From Bacteroidota bacterium (GTDB lineage Bacteria; Bacteroidota; Bacteroidia; AKYH767-A; OLB10), in assembly GCA_046303115.1 (NCBI GenBank), contig JBKCGZ010000026.1, forward strand, positions 585-64,584: DNA of 64,000 nt, read 5' to 3'. Shown piece after piece: positions 27,066-36,918 of this stretch (position 1 is its first letter; each line of letters opens with the position of its first letter). The notes below the pieces were generated by a model that made no database searches, was not told the origin of the DNA, and was given only the letters and a program-made list of their open reading frames with translations. A program made the position numbers and the translations under genes.

Positions 27066-29234
27066 TAAATTATTGATTAGAAAATTGGTCATTTTAGTAT
27101 AGAGATGTAATCGTGCATTATCTCCATAAATTCCATGGTTTCTATTCGGATAAATAAACAAATCAAATTGTTTATTACTTTTTACCAATGCGTTGATAAA
27201 ATCCATTGAGTTCTGCATATGTACATTATCATCAGCTGATCCATGAACTAATAATAATTTACCTTCTAATTCTTTTGCATAGGTGGTAGGAGAGTTCTTA
27301 TCATATCCTGCAGCATTTTCTTGAGGTGTTTGAAGGTAACGTTCGGTGTAGATGTTATCGTAGTTGCGCCAGTTAGTAACAGGAGCCACTGCAATGCCAG
27401 CTTTAAACTGTGTATGGACTTTTGTCATTAGTAAAGATGTCATGTAGCCACCAAAGCTCCATCCCCAAATTCCCATACGACTATTTTCTACATAGGGTAA
27501 ACTTTTAATATAGTTTGATCCTGTTATCTGATCATCTACTTCTAACTTGCCAAGATCTTTATAAATACAATTTGCCCATTCTAATCCACGTCCTGGAGTA
27601 CCTCTGTTTTCAACACTAGCAATAATGTATCCTCGTTGTGCAAGCATTTGATGCCATAAATAATTTCCACCATCCCAATCGTTAGTTACAGTTTGTACAC
27701 CGGGGCCTCCATATACATTAATTAACACAGGATATTTTAATGTAGAATCAAAATCAGGTGGATAAATCATCCAACCATAAAATTCTAGTCCATTTTTATT
27801 TTTGAAGGTAAACTCTTTTATTTTGCCTAAGCGATATTCTTGTAGTGCCGTTTTTAAATCACGGTTATCTTCTAACACTCTTATTTGCTTACCTGTATTA
27901 TTTATTAATGAGCAGGTGTAAGGTTTTCCGTAAGAGGAGTAGGTGTCAACAAAATATTTAAAACCATTACTAAAAGAAGCCGCGTGTGTTCCTTTTTCAG
28001 GCGTTAAATTTGTTTTCTTACCGTCTAACGTAATAGAATATACGTAACGTTCGGTAGGACTTAATTCAGTTGATAAATAATAGAATGTTTTTTTGCTTTC
28101 ATCAAATCCATAGTATGTTGAAATTTCAAAATTACCTTTTGTGATTTGTTTAACGAGTTTTCCATCAACATTATAAAGATAAATATGATTATAGCCATCT
28201 CGTGTAGATGTCCAGATAAATTGTTTGCCGTTTTCAAGAAAAGTTAAATCATCTGTTATTTCAATAAATGAGTTATTGTCTTCTTTAATTACACAATTTG
28301 AAGTGTTATCATTAACATTAATAAATAACAGTTCTAAATGATTTTGATGTCTGTTTAAAGCTTGAACACTGAGAATTCCAGCATTATTAGTCCATTTAAT
28401 TCTCGGGATATACTCTCTGTCTTTTCCAGTATTAAGTAAGATATTTTGTTTGCTGCTTACATCGTATGCATAAATTTCAACTTTCGAATTTTCTTCTCCT
28501 GCTTTCGGATATTTATACTTTTCTTCTTTAGGATAAAGATCGCCATAGTAAGTCAAGTTGAACTCTTTAACATTCGATTCATCGAATTTATAATAGGCGA
28601 TTTTTTTTCCGTCAGGCGACCATGCAAATGCTACATCCATGCTGAACTCTTCTTCGTATACCCAATCAGTTGCGCCATTAATGATGGAATTCTTTTTTCC
28701 ATCCGTTGTGATTGCGGTTTCTGTTTTTGTTGCTAAATCATATAGGTAAAGATTGTTTTCTTTCACATAAGCTACTTGTTTATTGTCAGGTGAAAATTGG
28801 CAATACATTACTTTATCGTTTGATTCGATTTTTGATAGCTGTTTGGTTTTTCGGTTAAAAATAAAATAATTAGACTTGCTCGAATGACGATAAATTGCTT
28901 CTGTATTTGAAGAAATCAAAATGAGATTTTCATCAGCACTAAACTGATAGTTATCTATTGAAATAGTATCACCTTTAAAAGCTAAATCGTTTTTAGTTAG
29001 AATTGTTTCAATGGCTTTTCCATCTTTAAAATTATATTTTTCAATTTTAAAGATAGGTGTATACACTGATTTAGAATAATGTTCACCATTATTCATCGAA
29101 TTAAAACCACTAACAGTTTTAGCAGATAATTTACGACTTGCCCATATATCTTCGATTTGTAAAAATCCTTTTTGAGAGAAGGTACAATTAGCAGTACAAA
29201 TTAGAATTATAAATGGAAGGAATGTATTTTTCAT
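27063..29234 (-). CDS. dipeptidyl-peptidase IV (S9B family)
   Basis: 723 aa with a signal peptide and a DPP-IV N-terminal propeller. The S9 catalytic domain carries 'GIWGWSFGGYMT', 'VHGSADDNVH' and 'NRNHGI'. Confidence 0.9.
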   Translation of the reverse strand: MKNTFLPFIILICTANCTFSQKGFLQIEDIWASRKLSAKTVSGFNSMNNGEHYSKSVYTPIFKIEKYNFKDGKAIETILTKNDLAFKGDTISIDNYQFSADENLILISSNTEAIYRHSSKSNYFIFNRKTKQLSKIESNDKVMYCQFSPDNKQVAYVKENNLYLYDLATKTETAITTDGKKNSIINGATDWVYEEEFSMDVAFAWSPDGKKIAYYKFDESNVKEFNLTYYGDLYPKEEKYKYPKAGEENSKVEIYAYDVSSKQNILLNTGKDREYIPRIKWTNNAGILSVQALNRHQNHLELLFINVNDNTSNCVIKEDNNSFIEITDDLTFLENGKQFIWTSTRDGYNHIYLYNVDGKLVKQITKGNFEISTYYGFDESKKTFYYLSTELSPTERYVYSITLDGKKTNLTPEKGTHAASFSNGFKYFVDTYSSYGKPYTCSLINNTGKQIRVLEDNRDLKTALQEYRLGKIKEFTFKNKNGLEFYGWMIYPPDFDSTLKYPVLINVYGGPGVQTVTNDWDGGNYLWHQMLAQRGYIIASVENRGTPGRGLEWANCIYKDLGKLEVDDQITGSNYIKSLPYVENSRMGIWGWSFGGYMTSLLMTKVHTQFKAGIAVAPVTNWRNYDNIYTERYLQTPQENAAGYDKNSPTTYAKELEGKLLLVHGSADDNVHMQNSMDFINALVKSNKQFDLFIYPNRNHGIYGDNARLHLYTKMTNFLINNL

Positions 29235-29260
29235 AATTATGTTATTAATTTAATGAAATA

Positions 29261-29268
29261 CAAATCTA
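29261..29268 (-). promoter_or_regulatory. candidate -7 box (TAGATTTG) for the DPP-IV gene
   Basis: TAGATTTG on the minus strand lies 26 nt upstream of ATG 29234. It sits back-to-back with the plus-strand promoter at 29273-29305. Confidence 0.35.
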
Positions 29269-29272
29269 CGAA

Positions 29273-29305
29273 TTTGTATTATTAGTAATTAGTTTATTAA
29301 ATTTG
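29273..29305 (+). promoter_or_regulatory. candidate promoter TTTG-N21-TAAATTTG
   Basis: TTTG lies at 29273-29276. After a 21-nt spacer, TAAATTTG lies at 29298-29305. ATG 29320 follows 14 nt downstream. Confidence 0.5.
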
Positions 29306-29319
29306 CATTCCAATAAAAA

Positions 29320-29949
29320 ATGAAAAGAAAACTTTTTACAACCTTTCTGATACTGAGCATAGGATTTCAATCAGTTTTAGCTCAAGTTAATCAAGGAAAG
29401 ATTATTTATAAAATCGATTATCCCGGTATCGATTTACCAGCTGATCAAAAAGCCATGCTTCCATCGGAAAGCACTTGCTATTTTTCAAATAATAATTGTC
29501 GCACAGAAAGTGATGGAATTATGGGAATGAAAATGGTTACCATCTGTGTGAAGGATCAAATGACTATTTTAATGGATGTAATGGGTAAAAAAATTGCCAT
29601 GAATCCACGTGATAATCAATCTATGAAAACTAAGACGCCAACAATTTCTTATTCTGATGAGATAAAGAAAATCGCTGGTCATAATTGTAAGAAAGCAACG
29701 TTGATTTTTGATGAAAATACAAAAATGATAGTTTGGTACGCTGAAGATATTACAGGTGGTGGTAGCTGGGGTGGTAATTTCAAAAATCTGAAAGGTGCAC
29801 CACTAGAATATACCGCTGATTTGAATGGCATGTCGATGACAATGACTGCTAGCAAAGTTTCCGCAGAGAAGGTTTCTAAGAAGAAATACGAGATTCCTTC
29901 TGGTTATGAATTTATGACTCCTGAACAATTACAACGACAATTTAAATAA
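29320..29949 (+). CDS. secreted hypothetical protein
   Basis: 209 aa with a signal peptide (LILSIGFQSVLAQ). No family recognised. Confidence 0.55.
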   Translation: MKRKLFTTFLILSIGFQSVLAQVNQGKIIYKIDYPGIDLPADQKAMLPSESTCYFSNNNCRTESDGIMGMKMVTICVKDQMTILMDVMGKKIAMNPRDNQSMKTKTPTISYSDEIKKIAGHNCKKATLIFDENTKMIVWYAEDITGGGSWGGNFKNLKGAPLEYTADLNGMSMTMTASKVSAEKVSKKKYEIPSGYEFMTPEQLQRQFK

Positions 29950-29964
29950 ACCTTTTCGATTTTT

Positions 29965-30327
29965 ATGAATTTTTTACTTCTTGCCTGTTCATTCATCGTT
30001 ATGGTGATTTTTACTATTGGTGTTAAACTAAATCAACGTCCTAGCGAGTATGGTGGATTCGGCTTTAAAACAAATGTGTCTATGCGTAGCGAAGAGACCT
30101 GGCATGATGGTAATGTAACGTTTGGTAGGTATCTTATGATGATTGCTCCATTACAGATAGTAATTTTGATCGTTAGCGAACGGTATTTGCCAAATCACCC
30201 ATATCGTATTTTTGCAGTGCTAGCAATCACTACGATAGTTTCAGTATTGTTTGCATATCTTTTAACGCAAAAAAAATTAAGAACCATCTATTTTAAAGAT
30301 GGTAAACGTCGTCCGAATTCTTTTTAA
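29965..30327 (+). CDS. small integral membrane protein, SdpI/YhfL-like
   Basis: 120 aa with several TM helices. 'GFGFKTNVSMRSEETW..GN..FGR' resembles the SdpI family motif. Confidence 0.5.
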   Translation: MNFLLLACSFIVMVIFTIGVKLNQRPSEYGGFGFKTNVSMRSEETWHDGNVTFGRYLMMIAPLQIVILIVSERYLPNHPYRIFAVLAITTIVSVLFAYLLTQKKLRTIYFKDGKRRPNSF

Positions 30328-30372
30328 AAATCATCAAACAATTTAGTTACTTTTGCTCCAAATTAAGAGTAA

Positions 30373-32145
30373 ATGAGATCTATTCTATCATCAATTTTTG
30401 GAGTTTTATTATTGTGCTCCTCCTGTTTAGCACAAGAATATACAATAGAGTTCCCGCATCCCGAGACCCACTATGCGCATATTACGGCCACATTTAAAAA
30501 ATGGAAGGGTGGTGATTTAGAAATCCATATGCCTGTATGGGCTCCTGGATCTTACCTTGTGCGTGAGTTTTCAAAAAATGTGGAATCATTTAGAGCTGCA
30601 GATGTAAACGGTAAGCAGCTTAAAGTGGTTAAAACAAGTAAGAACATATGGACTGTTTCAGCTGAGAAAGGAGACCTAAAAGTGGAGTACGATTTATATG
30701 CTAATGAACTTTCAGTCCGTACAAGTTATATTGATGCTGAGCATGCTTATTTAAACGGGACGAGTGTTTTTGTTTTTGCTAAAGAATATTTATCAAAAAA
30801 AGTTAATATAAAAGTTATTCCTAATAGCAATTGGAAAACTATTTCTGTTGCTTTAAATAAAACAGCTGGAGATAATAATTCTTTTTCTGCCGATAATTAT
30901 GATGACCTTGTTGATGCACCATTTGAAATTGGAAATCATAAAGTATTCTCTTTTGAGTCCTGTGGTGTTAAGCATGAAGTTGCTATGTTCGGGAAAGCTA
31001 ATTTTAATGAGGAGCAATTAAAAAAAGATATGTCTGTAATTACGGAGCAGTCGCTGAATGTATTTGGTGGTCCGCATCCTTGTAAATATTATTTATTCAT
31101 TGTGCATAATCTTATTAATGGGGGAGGAGGCTTAGAACATAAAAACTCTACAACTCTTCAAACAGAAAGAAATGGTTATGTGGGTGATGATTATAAAGAT
31201 TTTTTGACGCTTGTTGCGCATGAGTATTTTCATTTGTGGAATGTAAAAAGAATGCGTCCTAAATCACTCGGACCTTTTGATTACGACAATGAGAATTATA
31301 CTAATTTATTATTTGTTTCAGAGGGGTTCACAGCATATTATGAAGATTTGATTGTGTACCGCAGTGGTTTTTATACGCGTGATGAGTTTTTACAGAAAGT
31401 AGCTAATTCATTTTCTTATTCCGACAACCAGCTAGGTGCCGCAATACAGCCTCTTAATGAAGCGAGTTTTGATGCCTGGATAAAATACTATCGTCCGAAT
31501 GAAAATTCAAACAATAGCACGGTAAGCTATTATTCCAAAGGATCTGCAGTTGCTGCCGCATTAGATATGATCATTCGAACTAAAACGAATGCCAAGAAAT
31601 CGTTGGATGATGTTATGCAGGTGCTATATCAGACTTACTTTTTAGGATACGATCGTGGATTTACGGATGCAGAGTTTCAACAGGCTGTAAGTCAAATAAC
31701 GGGAATAGAGATGAAAGATTTCTTTAAAAACTATGTATATAATACGCAGCGTATTCCTTTTGATTCAATTACTACTGATTTTGGTTTGACGTTAGAAGAT
31801 AATTTTGCTGACGAAGAAAAAGTTTATCTCGGAATTAATTTACAATCTGGTAAAAATACAATCGGATCGGTAGAGCGTAATTCGCCGGCATGGCTTTCTG
31901 GATTAAATGCAGGAGATGAAGTTGTTGCAATTAATGATATGCGATTTGCTGGTGATATGACGAGTGCGCTTTCTGATGTGCGCATTAATGATAACTTAGA
32001 AATATTAATTTCAAGAGGTGGTTTGATAAAACGATTTACGTTGAAAGCAACCAATACTCCGTATGTTAGTTATTATTTAGTACTAACGGAAGGCCTATCC
32101 GAAGTAAAGAAAAATATTTTAAAAAGTTGGTTGGGTGATTTGTGA
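30373..32145 (+). CDS. M61 family metallopeptidase with C-terminal PDZ domain
   Basis: 590 aa with a signal peptide. It has the 'VAHEYFHLWN' HExxH site and 'EGFTAYYE'. A PDZ-like segment reads 'LNAGDEVVAINDM'. A TACTTTTG box lies at 30348-30355. Confidence 0.85.
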   Translation: MRSILSSIFGVLLLCSSCLAQEYTIEFPHPETHYAHITATFKKWKGGDLEIHMPVWAPGSYLVREFSKNVESFRAADVNGKQLKVVKTSKNIWTVSAEKGDLKVEYDLYANELSVRTSYIDAEHAYLNGTSVFVFAKEYLSKKVNIKVIPNSNWKTISVALNKTAGDNNSFSADNYDDLVDAPFEIGNHKVFSFESCGVKHEVAMFGKANFNEEQLKKDMSVITEQSLNVFGGPHPCKYYLFIVHNLINGGGGLEHKNSTTLQTERNGYVGDDYKDFLTLVAHEYFHLWNVKRMRPKSLGPFDYDNENYTNLLFVSEGFTAYYEDLIVYRSGFYTRDEFLQKVANSFSYSDNQLGAAIQPLNEASFDAWIKYYRPNENSNNSTVSYYSKGSAVAAALDMIIRTKTNAKKSLDDVMQVLYQTYFLGYDRGFTDAEFQQAVSQITGIEMKDFFKNYVYNTQRIPFDSITTDFGLTLEDNFADEEKVYLGINLQSGKNTIGSVERNSPAWLSGLNAGDEVVAINDMRFAGDMTSALSDVRINDNLEILISRGGLIKRFTLKATNTPYVSYYLVLTEGLSEVKKNILKSWLGDL

Positions 32146-34068
32146 TTATTTACCAATAATTACAAATTCTGTTCTACGATTCTTTGCCATATTCACTTCT
32201 GTATCATTATCGGCTTTAGGTTTTGTAGCGCCAAAGCCTTTTGATGTAAGGCGACTTTTATCAATTCCTTGTTGAGTGAGATACGTTAACACAGCACTTG
32301 CTCTTTCTTCAGAAAGTTTTTGATTTTCCATCGGATTACCTGCATTATCAGTGTGTCCTTCTATAGATACCTTTAGTGATTTATTGATTTTTAAATATTC
32401 GGAAAAGTCCTCAATGATGTCTTTATCTTGCTGGTTTAAATCGCTCGAATTAGTGCTGAATAAAATATTATTTAACTGATATGGTTTTCCAACTTCAATC
32501 TTTTTAACTTCTACGTTTACTTTTTTAGGCTGATTAAGTGTTGAATCTTTCTTTGAAAAATACTGCGAATTGTAAGCGAGTCCTTCTTTTTTTACAGTTA
32601 GAATATAATCATCATCAAAGGCCACAACAGATGCATACTTACCAGTGATGCTATCTACTTTTACTTCTACTGTTTCTTTTGTCTTGACATTTTTTAATTC
32701 GATTTTAGCATTGGCTAATTCTGATTTGTCACCCTCAATTTCACCTTTTAAGAATAATACTTTATCCGGTTTTACTGTTTCAGGTAGATCAAATTCATAA
32801 ATATCATAACCACCAACACCTTTTAAACTGTTAGAAGCAAAATAGCCTTTCTTACCATCTGTACTAACAAAGAAACCCACTTCATCTGCTTCGGTGTTGA
32901 TAGGGTATCCAATATTAATTGGCTCCGACCAAGTACCATCACTTTTTAATTTACACATGTAAATATCAAAACCACCCATACCAGGTAAATTATCAGAGCT
33001 GAAATAGAATGTTCGATTGTCGGGATGCATATATGGTGTTTTCTCATTACCGACGGTATTTATAAACTTCGGTAATTTAGATGGAGCAGACCAACCGTTA
33101 GCCATTTTTTGCGTAACGTAAATATCACTGGTTTTATTAACTGCATCTCTATAACTTACAAAGTAAAGCGCTTTACCATTTGGAGAAATACTTGGCTGAC
33201 TGTCCCAATATTTAGCATCGTTTACTAATGGGCTAACACTTTCTGGTTCTGTCCATGTGCCATTATTATTTTCGCAGGTATAGATATCGAAATTACCACC
33301 TTTATTCACGGTAAAGAAAAGTGTTTTATTATCAACACTGATGGATGCGCCTCCTTCGTTACCACTTGTTGACTTATTAAAAGGCAGTGGCATTGGTTCT
33401 CCTTTTGTGAAGGATCCATCTTTTTTCTCAGCAATCATAAATTTTTCTACGTTGCTAACTGTAACTGCTCCTTTTCGATTTTCATCAAACCTTCTTGTAA
33501 AAAAGCATAATTCATTATCAGGAGAAATGATTGCGAGATATTCAGGATCTCCAGTTGAAACGCTTTTTAATGCAGATGGATTAAACGGAACAGGATTCAT
33601 CATGAGTTTTGCTCTTACTTTTTTAATCATCGCTTCAGACGCATACTCTTCGCGTACTTTACCGAAACTCAAGTATTCATCAAACAAGCGAATACATTCT
33701 TTAAATCGTTTTTGATTATAGTAATAATCGCCTAGATGATAATAAGCATCGGCAGAAGCATCAGGACAGAATCGAATGAGTGATTCATATGCGGTGTCCA
33801 TTTCATCATCTTTATGAAACTGCATAGCAATATCGCCATATAACCACCACGCATTACCGTTAGTAGAATCCTCTTCAAGTGCTTTTAGTAAAATTTCTTT
33901 TATTTTAACAAATGACTCTCGTGATTGATTCGCTCTTTCAGCATCTTCATAATACTTCATCGATTTTTTTACGCTAGAAGTTTTACAAGATGCAGGATTT
34001 TGACTTAGAGCAGGTGTGAAAATGGTTGTAGCCCAAAGTCCAAAGAATGCAAAATATATTTTTTTCAT
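32146..34068 (-). CDS. OmpA-family protein with TPR and TolB-like (PD40) repeats
   Basis: 640 aa with a signal peptide and an N-terminal TPR region. It has repeated 'P.ISP.GK.LYF.S'-type units. The C-terminal OmpA domain contains 'NQKLSEERASAV' and 'NRRTEFVI'. Confidence 0.88.
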   Translation of the reverse strand: MKKIYFAFFGLWATTIFTPALSQNPASCKTSSVKKSMKYYEDAERANQSRESFVKIKEILLKALEEDSTNGNAWWLYGDIAMQFHKDDEMDTAYESLIRFCPDASADAYYHLGDYYYNQKRFKECIRLFDEYLSFGKVREEYASEAMIKKVRAKLMMNPVPFNPSALKSVSTGDPEYLAIISPDNELCFFTRRFDENRKGAVTVSNVEKFMIAEKKDGSFTKGEPMPLPFNKSTSGNEGGASISVDNKTLFFTVNKGGNFDIYTCENNNGTWTEPESVSPLVNDAKYWDSQPSISPNGKALYFVSYRDAVNKTSDIYVTQKMANGWSAPSKLPKFINTVGNEKTPYMHPDNRTFYFSSDNLPGMGGFDIYMCKLKSDGTWSEPINIGYPINTEADEVGFFVSTDGKKGYFASNSLKGVGGYDIYEFDLPETVKPDKVLFLKGEIEGDKSELANAKIELKNVKTKETVEVKVDSITGKYASVVAFDDDYILTVKKEGLAYNSQYFSKKDSTLNQPKKVNVEVKKIEVGKPYQLNNILFSTNSSDLNQQDKDIIEDFSEYLKINKSLKVSIEGHTDNAGNPMENQKLSEERASAVLTYLTQQGIDKSRLTSKGFGATKPKADNDTEVNMAKNRRTEFVIIGK

Positions 34069-34233
34069 TGCTGATTACGAATCACTACAAATATTCAATC
34101 AAAATAGATAACTATTTTTTATAGTGGATTATTGTTTCAACAAGTAGAAGTTTATAAAGTAGGGTTAATATTATTCATAAAAAATAAATGTTTGTAAATG
34201 GATATAAACGTTTATTAACCGAATAAATGATTT

Positions 34234-34312
34234 GTACGCGCTAATTTTGCGTATGGGGCGGAGGAGTGGTGGCCCCCTATGAAACCGTATTGTTGATTAA
34301 TAGTTTCGCATA
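34234..34312. other. GC-rich structured intergenic element (candidate small RNA or leader)
   Basis: Three consecutive hairpins are present: tacgc/gcgta (34235-34253), ggggc/gcccc (34255-34276, loop ggaggagtggtg) and gaaac/gtttc (34281-34307). Local GC is far above the surrounding AT-rich spacer. Confidence 0.3.
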
Positions 34313-34348
34313 AAAAAGTCCAGATAAATTATTCTTACCTGGACTTTG
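34312..34348 (-). terminator. probable terminator after the LVIVD/T9SS gene
   Basis: Stem agtccag / ctggact (extendable to 9 bp) with a 15-nt loop. A T-run follows on the minus strand. Confidence 0.5.
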
Positions 34349-34366
34349 TAATTAATAATTTTTAAT

Positions 34367-36721
34367 TTATTCTTTCACTAATTTCAGACTCTTTGAACTG
34401 CCATTAGCATACTTTAATTGCAATGTGTAAATCCCCGATTTAAGTTCTTGTCCGATATTCAAATTAATATTAACCCCTTCTAAATCTTTTCGCTCAACAA
34501 CTTTGCCTAAAATATCGTAAACTTCAAGTGAGAATTTTCCACCTTGATTATTAACGATAGTTATTTGTGAATTATTTGCAAATGGATTTGGCTGTGCAGT
34601 TATTGTAGTTAAATTATTTTCATTGGATTGCAAACTAGTAAGGTTGCTAATTACAAAATTATCTAAACCACCTTCTACAATATTAAATGTCGGACCGGGA
34701 TCGCTGATGTTTACAATTAGACGCATCGTCGAAGTAAGAGGAAGCAAGCTACCAATCTGATAAGTTTGATTAAGCCAGGTACTTTGGCTAGGTTGACCTG
34801 CATAGGTGCGTTCTAATAGGATAGTTGATGATCCATTTGTAAGATAAATACTCATTGTATCATCAGGGGCGCCATTAGTAAATCCTCCGTTATAAAACCA
34901 TCTTTTATAGCTTAGTGTTGCGTTTGAAGTATTACTTAAATCAAAAATAGGGGAGGTTAAAATGGTTGCACCTTGGTCTACATCATTATCCCAAGGACCA
35001 CCACCACCATTATCAGTGACATAACACTGCTCGCCACAATCGCCAAATACATCATTTCCAGGGTTTGCAATATTATTCTGACTATTGGTCTGAATTGGAA
35101 TACATCTCTCCCATGCATTAGGTGATGGACCGCTAACTGTCCAACCAAAGTCTAATGAGAAATCATCATAATAACCAGGGGTCAATGTAAAACTTAAAGG
35201 TGTTGCATCGACTTGTGAGAAGGAGCAAATTGTTTGATAGCCCCACTTACCAACAGTGATTGAATAGTTATCAGGATAGAATCCAATCAAAGAATACTGA
35301 CCTGCCGCATTTGTTGTAGCAGTAACATCGAATTGAGTATTTGAAAAATGAACAGTTGCATTAGCAATCGGAGCTCCCGTTAATGAATTGGTAATAGTGC
35401 CTGTAGCCAATACAGTTGAAAAGCTAACTAGTTGCACATCGAGACTTGTTAAAATTCCACTTTGTAAGTTAACACCTGAAATTGTCTTTGATACATATCC
35501 TGGCTTTGAAAATTGAACATCATAAATTCCGGCTTCAGCAAGACCAGTTTTATACTCACCTGTTAATTTACTTTGCTTACTGATATTGGTATTTAAAATT
35601 TGAACGGTGACATTGTTGAGCGGCATTCCTGAAGTAGAATCTGTTACAATACCTTCCAAATAACAACCTCGTACATACGTAGGCGTTAGTACAAACAATC
35701 CGTTGTCAATATCGGAACAAACTATATTACCTGAGGGTAAAAATGGATAAACTCCCCAACAGCCGCTAAACCCTCCTCCAGATCCTTGGGGATAGGTATC
35801 GTAACTGCCAACAACAATCATGTTATCAGGTCTGCTAACATCTACAATGGCAATCCCATCTTTATACCAGCTAACAATTTCAAAATCATCAAGAGTATGC
35901 GTGTTATGAATAATTGATCCCGAACCAGGCGTTAGTTGAATTCTTCCAAGTTCAGTTATATTGTTTACGTCGGAAATGTCATATGCAGCTAGATATGAAT
36001 CGTTAACTTCATCGGTGGTGAAAAGTATATTACCCGAATCATTTAGCCAAGAATTATGTGTGAATTGACTCGGCGTACTTTGAGTAGTTATTAAAATTGG
36101 GTTTGATTTATTGCTCACATCCATTACAGAAAAATAACCGTCATAAATATGACATCCATATAAAATGTCATTTCTTACATAGCCATCGTGGATGTAAGTC
36201 CCCGGGGTGTGACTAAGATAATTTGGATTCCACGGATCAGCTAAATCCAAAATCAATGCTGACCCATTAAATAAATTGCTACCGTATAGATAACAATATC
36301 CGTTATCAATATGTAATGCATGAATTGTATTTAATTGGTTATTGATTGCTGCATCTCCAGTATAATATTTTATAGGTACTGAGTCAGGTAAATACCCTAA
36401 ATTCAGAATTTGTAATCCATCGCAACATCCTTCAGTAGTTACGTAAGCATAATTTTGCCATGTTTTAACCTCTCTCCAATCTGAATTAATCCCTGGGATG
36501 TTGAATTTTATAACTGGATTGGCTGGATTTGTAACATCAACTATCGACAAGCCTGTAAATGTCCCTACTAATGCATATTCATTACCTAAACTATCTACAT
36601 AACCACCGATATTTGATAAGGAATAGTTATAAGGCAAATTGGAACGTAAACTGACATTTAATTGGGCAGATAACTGTAGGTAGGATAATAAAATAGAGAC
36701 AATTGCTAAGAATTTTTTCAT
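34367..36721 (-). CDS. LVIVD-repeat beta-propeller surface protein with type-A T9SS C-terminal domain
   Basis: The start is moved to ATG 36721 (MKKFLAIVSILLSYLQLSAQ). LVIVD-type repeats are 'LSIVDVTNPANP', 'FSVMDVSNKSNP' and 'IAIVDVSRPDN'. Two CarboxypepD_reg-like domains are present ('GIVTDSTSGMPLNNVTVQ', 'GTITNSLTGAPIANATVH'). The CTD reads 'AQPNPF..LEVYDILGKVV..LKSGIYTLQL'. Confidence 0.8.
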   Translation of the reverse strand: MKKFLAIVSILLSYLQLSAQLNVSLRSNLPYNYSLSNIGGYVDSLGNEYALVGTFTGLSIVDVTNPANPVIKFNIPGINSDWREVKTWQNYAYVTTEGCCDGLQILNLGYLPDSVPIKYYTGDAAINNQLNTIHALHIDNGYCYLYGSNLFNGSALILDLADPWNPNYLSHTPGTYIHDGYVRNDILYGCHIYDGYFSVMDVSNKSNPILITTQSTPSQFTHNSWLNDSGNILFTTDEVNDSYLAAYDISDVNNITELGRIQLTPGSGSIIHNTHTLDDFEIVSWYKDGIAIVDVSRPDNMIVVGSYDTYPQGSGGGFSGCWGVYPFLPSGNIVCSDIDNGLFVLTPTYVRGCYLEGIVTDSTSGMPLNNVTVQILNTNISKQSKLTGEYKTGLAEAGIYDVQFSKPGYVSKTISGVNLQSGILTSLDVQLVSFSTVLATGTITNSLTGAPIANATVHFSNTQFDVTATTNAAGQYSLIGFYPDNYSITVGKWGYQTICSFSQVDATPLSFTLTPGYYDDFSLDFGWTVSGPSPNAWERCIPIQTNSQNNIANPGNDVFGDCGEQCYVTDNGGGGPWDNDVDQGATILTSPIFDLSNTSNATLSYKRWFYNGGFTNGAPDDTMSIYLTNGSSTILLERTYAGQPSQSTWLNQTYQIGSLLPLTSTMRLIVNISDPGPTFNIVEGGLDNFVISNLTSLQSNENNLTTITAQPNPFANNSQITIVNNQGGKFSLEVYDILGKVVERKDLEGVNINLNIGQELKSGIYTLQLKYANGSSKSLKLVKE

Positions 36722-36918
36722 ATAAGAGGTATCTTGATTGTTTTGGAGGTGTAAATGTATTGAAAACCTTTGTATAACAAAAAGCAAAGATGTTGGTTTG
36801 ATGTTTTATAAGATTAAATGGTAACTGTTAAATAATTGATAATGTCATTACAATTTAGTTGGAATATTTGAAGGTTATCTATTTCTTTTATTATTTTGGT
36901 GCCTCAAAAAACTGTATT

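Noticed and set aside
33341-33715. Long antisense or nested ORFs considered as genes. Examples: 33341-33715, 8162-8473, 41770-42087, 44433-44747, 13687-13977, 28446-28736, 39903-40199 and 1085-1291.
   Set aside because: Each lies entirely inside a longer, well-supported gene on the opposite strand or in another frame. They have low-complexity or odd composition and no recognisable motifs, promoters or signal peptides. They are shadow ORFs.
34260-34297. A GGAGGA Shine-Dalgarno-like motif followed by ATG AAA CCG TAT TGT TGA (5-codon mini-ORF) in the GC-rich island
   Set aside because: The SD-like sequence is 13 nt from the ATG, which is too far. The peptide is only 5 aa. The phylum rarely uses SD sequences. 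Structural RNA or DNA is a more economical reading.
36722-36918. N-terminal extensions in the ORF track, including alternative-start versions (36859 TTG, 36787, 55131, 53817 GTG, 23744, 13494, 49207 TTG, 43025 TTG, 50009, 4338)
   Set aside because: In each case an internal ATG gives a canonical signal peptide or a conserved family N-terminus. It also removes overlaps with neighbours, terminators or -7 boxes. The extensions encode implausible sequence.
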